Assembly (NCBI RefSeq): GCF_006345805.1
Contig: NC_042997.1
Span: forward strand, 47,740,001-47,804,000
Direction: 5' to 3'
Length of the DNA: 64,000 nt
Source of the DNA: Octopus sinensis
Lineage: Eukaryota
In this document: piece after piece, positions 54,436 to 64,000 of the stretch
How positions within the stretch are numbered: position 1 is the stretch's first letter
Layout: every line of letters begins with the position of its first letter
Translations under genes and position numbers: made by a program
Notes under the pieces: model-generated
Databases searched by the model: none
Seen by the model: the letters and a program-made list of their open reading frames with translations, nothing else
What the model was told of the DNA's origin: nothing

Positions 54436-56496
54436 ATATTATATATATATATATACATGTATATGCTTATGAATGCTTGTATTTTTGCGTTTGTATAGCC
54501 AAGGCAAGAGAGCCAAGATAGCCCAAAGAAAGGAAATCTGTGATGTAATTACATAGCATCGAGAGTGGGAAATGGAATCGAATGTAAAGCTAAAAGTGAA
54601 ACCAACTACTTATCTAAAATTCGTAAATATGATGAACCTTTACTCGACATTAGCTCAATACATATCAGATTAATGTTATACGTAGAATTTGGACATTCTA
54701 ATTATTTATCTTGAAATGTTATTGGCATTTACAGTTGACTTGATTTCAATCGGAAGTTCTTTTTTATGTAATTATTCACTAAGATAATTTTGCAAGAAAC
54801 CTCTTTTATTCATCAAGTCGAGGGTGGAATTAAATGTTTGGTTTGGAAAGAGTGCGAATCATTATTAATTCAGACAGTTATCTTGGACAGTTTGATTCAA
54901 TGTGATACCAATCTGACGTTATTAGCGAAATTGATTTTCCTAAAACTAAATAAGATTGAATGAAAGGTATTCGAATGCCTATAGATACACTTGCCTGCGA
55001 TGTCTCACCTCGATGACTTTAATTTTCTATGCGTTTAACAGTACTCTCTATCCCAAAGAAGTATAAACATGACCTTGCTGACAGCTCTGGTCAAAGTCCA
55101 ATGGAATATCAAGGTTCTTCTATTTAATTTACGTATGCAGACTTTTCTTATTGACTATAATTGCATTTTTTGTTTGTTTTTTCTTGTCATTTCCTTTTGG
55201 TTTTTACAACAATAGTTATTCTATTTTCGACGACTTTGATATAAATATTTATTGCTTTCTTCCGTTTAAAATTACTTTCAGAATATTTTACATTTTGTTT
55301 CTCGCTTATTTTTGCCTACATTTCCTGATATATACAGTTATTCTTAAACGTGAAATAGTTATTCAACTAAAACTATAATGGAAAAGTGACGTCGTCTTCA
55401 TAAACCCAAAATTATTTAAAACACAAAATTATTTATACTTCAAAATTACGTGAAATCAAAATATAACGTGTTCTTATGTTTGCAAATATATTCATAAAGT
55501 TGCGATATTTGGTTATTCAATATTTCATGTGATATTTTCGAAAGCGGTAAACTACTGAAAAACAACTTGTTAATGTAATTACTTTCCCATGGTAAAATAA
55601 CTTGCATTTATTAAATCAGTAGAAATTTGAAGTAGTTTTCCAATTACTGTAAATCTCATGTAGCAACTGTTATACATTTTCTAATTAATCTTATCAATAA
55701 AGTTTCTATTCTCTCATAATATACATAATGAAATGTTCCTCTTTCAGACTATGATAGAATCTAAAAGGGAATGGACACAGAAATGCTATGAATATAAAAG
55801 TAAAATGAATACATACAAATTTTGAATGCTGACTCTTCGGTGTGCAAACCGTGAATTCAGTTATTCGTAAAATATAGATTTAAATGCGTAAAAAATTAGT
55901 ATAAAACAACACCGAGACAACAATATAAAATAGGTGGAAATAAAACATTTTATGCAATTCTTGCAATATTTACGTATAATTTAAATTTGAAAATAATTAT
56001 TTGAGATTATTATAGTTAATGTTTGATGAAAAATATCACAGAGCAATAATAAAATTTCAAAGACATAGGATGGGCACGGACAGCAATAAGAAAAAGACAA
56101 CGAGAAATAGTATGAAACTCGAAAAAAGCATTTCCATCCAGGACTGTGCATCATTATACAAGGCTATGGTTTTCTTCTAGTATAAAGGAATTTAATAAAA
56201 GATTGTATATGTACATCTGCTGAACAACGGTAAAAGTTGAAAGCTATTCGCCAGAGAGAAGAGTGAAGAAAAAGATAAGCATTAAATAATCATTGGAAGA
56301 TTTTAGAGCAACGATTACATCATTACATTGGAATATGTAAGTCCCTGTGCGCTTGTGTGCGTATGATTGTTGAATGTGCAGCATAAGTGAGTGAAGTAGT
56401 TTTTTATATTTCCTAGTCTTTCAACAAACATCATTATATAGATGTGTGTGTATATAATATATATAATATGCGTACAAACATATACATATATATATA

Positions 56497-56534
<38 letters not shown>

Positions 56535-56589
56535 TATATATATATATATATATAGTATATATATATATAATATATAGATATATATATAT

Positions 56590-56633
<44 letters not shown>

Positions 56634-58599
56634 TGATATTATGTAATGATTCATACACACACAACTGCTTACCAAAAGGTGAATAGATACAAAAAGAAAG
56701 AAGCACAAAATAGGATAAAACTGATAGAAGAAAAAGAAAACGAAAATAAATAATTTTCAAAGAAAAGCGAAACTTATCCAGACATAAACAATCATGACAC
56801 GATACAAATTTGCTTCAGAGAAATGTTTAGCCAATAAATCACCTCTTTATCGCTCTCCTGTTAGTTCCTAACAGTTAGTTTACTAACCGCAATTGTCAGT
56901 GAGCATTAAAGTAAATAACATGCCGTTGTCTTGTAGATTTGACTAAAGTTATTGCTCTTATTTTAATGCTTTTTTTTTTCCTTCTTTCATGATAAAATTG
57001 TTCGTGTTATCGATGCTGTAATTTTCTTGGCTTTAGATTTCTTTATTCATATATAAAGGTTTTGAAATCTTATGTTCTTTGTTATCGTGCATGTTGGCTT
57101 GCTTAACAACATTCTTGTTATGGCCTCTTGTTATATTTCTTTAGTACTATTACACTGGTGAAAAGAACAATGCGACATTTAAATAGCTTCTTACTATTGT
57201 TTATTGCTCTTCCCATTTTTGTTTTCTTTCATCGATTACTTCAATTTATTGTCTTGTTTTGTCTTTATACAAGTCTTCATTAACTTTTAATGTCGCTTCT
57301 TTTCTGGAAATTTCTATCAATTGAACTTTGTAATATTATTGAATATAAACTTTATTATTTATCTTTTTTTATGACATGGCCATTTCATTTTCCTAAAACA
57401 ATAAAAGAGGCATCGGAGCTCCTTGATAATTGTCTTGAGATTTAGCATTATTCTACCTTTGCTTGCATATCACATATACACGCACTCATATGTACATACA
57501 CACTTTTGTGTATACATATGAACGAAAAATTATATGAATGCGTATAGGTACGTAGGACACATACACGCATATATGTACGTAGGTGTATGCATATGCAGCG
57601 AATATACTGCATATATATATATATATATATATATTTGGTGGGGTGTATGTGTGTAGTGAAAATGTTATCATTGATGTGGAGGGCAAGTGGTTGGTAGAAA
57701 CACTAAGTACCTCATCGAAGTTATCTCTCTTTGTCTTCTAAATACAAATTCTGCATGAGTCGATTTTTCTTTCCTCTTTCGTGCACACTGATTGATACAG
57801 TCATGTGTTCGCTTCACAACATTGCAAAACATTGTAGTGCTAATGTGAGAATTGCCGGTTTGTATTAGAACCATTATTATTATATTATTATTATCATCAA
57901 GTTTATAATCATATTATCATTACATCCTCAAAAGTTTCACGTGATTTCTACTTAATCAATGGACTGTAATGTTGCTTTGTGTTTACAAACTATTAATACC
58001 ATTCACAATCGCATGTATCGCATGCTTTTTTCATTAAACTAACAAGCGCAAATCTGAAACTTTGGTACGTACTTTGCTGCAGTTTTTTTTTGTGTGTGTG
58101 TGTGTGCACTTAAATATATCGTGTTCCTAACTGGAACACAATCCTTTTTGGTTAGAAATAATATTCTGACCTTCAACAGGTTCGTATCTGATTCCAAATC
58201 CATATCGAAAAATAAGCTACCCAACGACAATATTGCTATAGCAATAGCAACACTTCTCCCGGAAATAAATTGGTTTAATTTGGGTTTTTTTTTTGAGAAT
58301 TGAGCAGAGCAACATTTGTAATATTACATATCAGTGACAGTTGCTAGATCTAAATCTTTATTAATAGTCACTGGAATATCTTTCAGATCATGAAAAATTG
58401 TTTGTTTATGTACTTCGTTACCAATGTTCGTGTTACTTACATAACATGGAAATATAACGTTCATCATCATGTATCACAGCTTTTTTTCTTTCTGGCTTCA
58501 GATGGAAATAGAGTTTATTGTGGTTTATCGTCTCTTTCACACCAAATCCAAAACTGGAACTAGAGATTCACGTCACACATTTACTAATTATGGCATGTG

Positions 58600-60030
58600 T
58601 CTTCTTACCAACGTAATTAGATTAAAATATTAATCTGAGTAACGCATTGTCGGCAACTAAAATGCATGCTGCTCAAAGATTCACTAACATTAAATTTACT
58701 TTATAAATATTCTTTTAATCTGTTTTAAAACTTGCGACAATTCTTTTACAAATTCCGTTTTATTCTGCATGGCACAGGAATCTTTTATGGTCTATCCCAC
58801 AATCCCATAATACATTATCATAAAATCCACAGGTTTTACCAACTACTTATATCTCCAGAATACTGCGAGAGAAAATGCTTTTCCTCATGTGTAGGTAATT
58901 GTTAGTACTTCTTTGTTTCTAACTCTAAGAACTGATCACCAAATATATCAAAACAGGCTTTTATTTATGTTAGAAACATTTTTATATATACACGGACCAT
59001 GTTTTAATTACATTTTCACATATCAGCTGAGTGGTTCTGATCTGGTATTGAACTTGTAGCCATCTTGATAATATGGATACCTCACGTCTAATAATTTCAA
59101 CAGTATACGTGTAAACTTTGAACCACAGCGTATATCATGATGTAGAGCTCTTATCACTAATCTTTTCAAGCACGTTTCTGCAAGAATTAATTTTCCATTA
59201 TACACATTCAAGATACCATCTTCCAGTCTTAATGCATTTTTAATGGCTCAAAAATCATTTTATTCTATATCATAAAAAAAAATATATACACTTTATATTT
59301 TCACATCCTAAATCATCAATATTCGCAACATAGATGACAAAATCCTGATCGTAAGTTCATGCAAACCAGTATTTTTTATAAATTCCTGTCGTCTTAATAC
59401 ATCAATATGTGGTATTCTGTGTAATTTCACATGATATATTTCATATCCCAAATATTGTCATTTTAAAATACATGACATATTACATCTGTTACTACAATAT
59501 GTTTTATTAAAAGTATATCCTACTGAGTCCAATTCCTGTCAATATATAAAGAACTTTCCATTGTAGTTAAAACTCGACATATATAGTTCTTGACGACCAA
59601 GCTGTGAAACTCTTCCTGATACAGCATTTTCAATCGTATGAATATAAGCCCCTTTCATAAACATATAAATGTGGACCATTGCAAAATAGAGATCCATATG
59701 TAAAATCCTCAATTCTTTCACTTTCCTAAGATGTTGATTTACACATCATTTTGTTTTCTAATTTAATTTTTATACGTACTAACTTTTGAAAATGAATTGA
59801 TATATCTTTAATATATTGTGTTATGTATTTCGTCGAAGGTTTGTAAAAACACACCTACGTCCTTCATATTTTGTAACTTTTTCAGCATAGCATAGTTGTA
59901 TGTATTGGTCCTTGCGGCCATTAAAAAAAATTTAGTATCACTATTATTATTTAATGTTGACATCCAAACATTAGACGCGTACAGAATCGATGTGTGTATA
60001 TTTCTAAATTGTTTAAAAAACACAACTTAA
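58600..60030 (-). pseudogene. Decayed protein-coding-like region of unknown origin
   Basis: A run of non-repetitive, protein-like frames (59808-60023, 59539-59721, 59023-59211 and intervening pieces) separated by single stops or shifts. Confidence 0.3.
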
Positions 60031-60337
60031 TAATATAATAACATAATTCCTTATTGTTTACACTTGCTCTTCATAAGTGTGAATATGTTTTTCACTGAAG
60101 CTTTTTCACTACGTTGATCAGTTATTATATATATATATATATATATAATTCTACGAGATACCACCATGCTGAAAATAGCAGCCATGATCTGACTCTAAAA
60201 CCACCATAATTGGTCATATATCCACCGTAGATACCCTACTTTATAATTTTAATATTTATTACCTTTGAAGGTTACTTTTTCCAGGCTGACCACTTGATAA
60301 AATCGTTATATTATTTTTAAATTAACGATCATATCCT

Positions 60338-60389
<52 letters not shown>

Positions 60390-60711
60390 TATATAATATA
60401 TTTCCATTGATGAATGTTATATCATAGCGTACTCTACAACGCGATTACACAATAGTTTAGTAGTTTGTTTTCTTACGATTATTTTTAAACCTAAGATATA
60501 CATTGGTAGGTTTTATGAATCATAGCATTTATATTCATATACAATCATCAACTCTCATAAAGTATATCCACTAATACTTACGATCTAATTCTTGAACTCA
60601 GACGCATATTCACTTTGCCGCAATATTTCTCTAGCGATTCAATTCTATTTATATGTACATAAATAGACACATGTACACAATCAAGTTTGCGTATATATAT
60701 ATATATATATA

Positions 60712-60766
<55 letters not shown>

Positions 60767-62115
60767 CGCACACACACAAACACACACCAAATATACATAC
60801 ATACATATATATTCTATCTTTGCAATGTTTCTTACTGAAATTAGATTTTCTTTCGCGTTAGGTATATAGAATGGAGGAGTGAAAATAAATAAGAGGAAGA
60901 GAAGAGAATGACAGAGTGAAAGACAAACTTTCACACTCATATATTCAGTCCAGCAGCGCAAAATACTTCATTGGCAGAAATTCAAACTCTGATAGCGAGC
61001 AGATATGAACAAAAACGAGAAAGCTGGCAATGGGGAAGAAAAAGCAAACAAGCAATAACTCGTGTTCACTATATACGGTAAAATTAATATATGTAAATAT
61101 TTGGGATCTCACGATTGAATATATTGGAAAAATGAAAATAATTTTCTTTAGTTGATTTATCTATCTCCGAGTACCTGCGAAATTTCCGATTAATTCATCT
61201 TTTTTAAGAGATGTTCTATATCTGTGTGTGTGTATGTGTGTATGTGTGTGTGTGAGTGTGTATGTATGTCTGTGTAAATATGCACATATATGTATATGCA
61301 TATATATACATTTATATGTGTGAATATACACACACATATATATATGTATATGTAAATATACGCATATATATATAAATATACATATATATGTATATATATA
61401 TATATATATATATGTGTGTGGTGTGTGTGTGTGTGTGTGTAGAATGATGGGCAAATAAATACAAATGGACAGACTGAGGAGTGAAGGCGAGAGAAAGAGA
61501 GATAGAGAGAGAGAGAGACAGAAGAGACTTCTAGATATTTTATATATATTGTTTATATAAAATATACATATATATATATTCATACATCACTGAAAGTGTG
61601 TGTGTGTGTGTATGTGTGTGTGTGTGTGTATGTGTGTGTGTGGTGGTGTGTGTGTTTGTGCGTGCGTGTATTGAATTGGGCTGCGGGGATTTTATGGTTC
61701 GTCCATTCGGCGAACATCTGACAAGGCATTAAGTTACTGATGGTACTCGAATGTAAGCTGGGAATTTATAAGTCCCAGCGAAGCCAAATGGGAGACGGAA
61801 TTTGATATCGAAAGGACCAAAAATTTCCAAAACTGCATGATGATCCATTCCAGAAAATATTTGTGATGTAGTCTGTCAAACAGCAAATCAAGTGCTGTCG
61901 GAGAATATCGAGGAATATCGGGGCATATTAATTAATGAATGAATGACAGAATTATAGGAGTTAGGTAATTATATTTCTTAGCATAGAGACTTTCAACTAA
62001 GAACGACTTTCAACTGAGTGTACATATATCATACACTCAGCTCGGGGTAGGGTACTATTTATAAAAGTGATTAACACCTCTTTTTCGCCATCACTATATA
62101 ATAATAATAATGATG

Positions 62116-62179
<64 letters not shown>

Positions 62180-62196
62180 TAATAATGATAATAATA

Positions 62197-62245
62197 GGCG
62201 CAGGAGTTGTGTGGTAAGAAGCTTGCTTGACAACGATATATATAT

Positions 62246-62277
<32 letters not shown>

Positions 62278-62530
62278 CACATGTGTGTGTGTATTTGTGT
62301 GTGTATGTGTGGGTGTCTGTGTGTATCAGTGTTTTCCCCAACATCACTTGACAACTGGTGTTGGTGTGTTTACGTCCCCAAAACTAAGCGATCCGGCAAA
62401 GAAATCGATAGGATAGAATAAGTACTAGGCTTACAAAGAGTAAGTCCTAGGGTCGATTTGTTCGACTAAAGTCGGTGCTCCATCATGACTGCAGTGAATT
62501 GACTTGAAACTGGTAAAGGAAAAGAATAAA
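62197..62530 (+). mobile_element. SINE family B with large internal deletion
   Basis: Starts GGCGCAGGAGTTGTGTGGTAAGAAGC and jumps directly to the TA tract; the 3' half is intact. Confidence 0.85.
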
Positions 62531-62772
62531 AAGAAAGAGAAGAAGAAGAAGAAGAAGAAGAGAAGAAAGAGAAGAAGAAGAAGAAGAAGCAGAAGAAGAA
62601 GAAGAAGAAGAAAACAAGAAGAAGGAAGGAAGAAGGAGAAGAAGACAGAAGAAGAAGAAGAAGAAGAGAGGATGAAGAAGAAGAAGAAGAGAACGAGAAG
62701 AAGAAGAAGAAGAAGAAGAAGAAGAAGAAGAAGAAGAAGAAGAAGAAGAAGACGAAGAAGAAGAAGAAGAGC
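62531..62772. repeat. (GAA)n tract at the SINE 3' end
   Basis: Directly visible; source of the poly-R/K/F ORFs. Confidence 0.95.
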
Positions 62773-62847
62773 AAAAACAACAACAACAGTAACAACAATG
62801 ATGATTTCAAATTTTGGTACAAGGAATGAGTTAACTACATCTGCCAT

Positions 62848-62938
62848 AGTGAGCTTGAAAGGATGAAACACGAAGTCTAACCTAGCGGAATTTTAACTCA
62901 GAATGTAAGTAGTATTTTTGTCCGGCGTGCTAACGATT
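62848..62938 (-). mobile_element. SINE family A fragment
   Basis: Contains gaaaggatgaaa...aagtctaacctagcggaattttaactcagaa...ggcgtgctaacgatt. Confidence 0.6.
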
Positions 62939-63109
62939 AATAATAATCATTTGTATTAATCGATGAGTGTGTTTGTCCACATAATAATTACATATCCAGG
63001 TAGACTCAATTTAGAAGATATTTAACCAAGATTACGTGGAACGGAAGTTGGTACCATATGATACCAAAGCAATTATCTTTCCCTCACGACTAAGTATTTG
63101 TGCAATTCA

Positions 63110-63450
63110 TTATTACCTCTGCGTTGTGTTATTTTCAGTCGTGTTTGTTTGTTTGTCCGTGGACAAGATATCTCAAGAACCGCTGGATGGATTCGAATGT
63201 AATTTTCAGGGATGTTTGGCCTGAATAGATTTTGGAGTCGATCCAATCTTGGACAAGGATTTTGAATTATTTTTCCGTAGTGTTTTTACTTAATATTTGA
63301 GAGCGGTCGGGTTCATTTTTAGTATTCTCATTTGTGAGAGCAGTCGGGTTTATTTCAGATAGTCTCATTTTCAAAATCATTTCTGGCTAATCGTTGAGAG
63401 GACGATGGTGTCGCCTCGGCGTAGGTTTGCACTCTCTGAGCGCTCTTGTT
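63110..63450 (+). mobile_element. Helentron-associated non-autonomous element (HINE/DINE-1-like)
   Basis: 5' TTATTACCTCTGCG, a (GTTT)n tract, the subterminal inverse GGCGTAGGT, and a 3' hairpin GCACTC-TCT-GAGCGC followed by a T-rich end. Confidence 0.6.
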
Positions 63451-63639
63451 TTATTTCTATTTTCATAATTATACCTCTATGGAAGTCGCGAACTGCAAAT
63501 GCGTAGGGAACAAATAGTTTAACCTGACTGTCGCTTGTGCTAAAACTATTTGTAGTAAGTAGCACCTATGAATTTGAGTTCGAAGTTTTCAATTGTATAA
63601 TTATGAAAAAAAAGGAAGCCAATATTCATTTCTGCTCTA

Positions 63640-63784
63640 AGCACATGGCCCGAAATCGTTGGGGAGTGGGCCAGTCGACTAGATCGATCCCAGTATGCAA
63701 GTGGTACTTAAGTTATCGACCCAAAAAGGATGAAAAGCTCCTAGACGGAATTTGAAATCAGAACGTAAAGACAGACGAAATACC
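63640..63784 (-). mobile_element. SINE family A, older partial copy
   Basis: Contains gtcgactagatcgatcccag...gtacttaagttatcgacccaaaaaggatgaaa...ggaatttgaaatcagaacgtaaagacagacgaaatacc. Confidence 0.75.
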
Positions 63785-64000
63785 TATTTCTTTACTACCC
63801 ACAAGGAGCTAAACACAGAGAGGACAAACAAGGACAGACAAACGGATTAATTCGATTATATCGACCCCAGTGCGTAACTGGTACTTATTTAATCAATCCC
63901 GAAAGGATGAAAGGCAAAGTCGACCTCGGCGAAATTTGAACTCAGAACGTAAGGGCAGACGAAATACTGCTAAGCATTTCGCCTAGCGTGCTAACGCTTC
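63785..64000 (-). mobile_element. SINE family A, young copy running off the window
   Basis: Closely matches the reverse complement of 1625-1855. Confidence 0.9.

Noticed and set aside
62431-62871. Poly-R/K/F/L ORFs
   Set aside because: Translation of the (GAA)n SINE tail.

Overview
AT-rich eukaryotic genomic DNA dense in microsatellites and transposon relics. The SINE families, mariner/Tc1 relics and TA/CA/AAT tracts fit a coleoid cephalopod (Octopus-like) intron or intergenic region; this is an inference. No intact long host ORF is present, and almost all ORF-track entries are microsatellite read-throughs. Recognisable elements: a full-length inactivated mariner with TIRs and TA TSD (29029-30280), two further mariner relics, maT/Tc1-type relics, a 5'-truncated CR1-like LINE (about 32510-34745, minus), R4/Dong-like and RTE-like LINE fragments, a Penelope-like GIY-YIG relic, a non-autonomous Helitron, a Helentron/HINE-like element, a Merlin-type MITE with a perfect 8-bp TSD, and about 20 copies of three SINE families. 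The most interesting signals are (i) several minimal type-I hammerhead-ribozyme motifs of different sequence families inside Penelope-like terminal repeats and fold-back structures, (ii) isolated exon-like segments on both strands suggesting unidentified large-intron genes, and (iii) a decayed, apparently intronless protein-coding-like stretch at about 58.6-60.0 kb.
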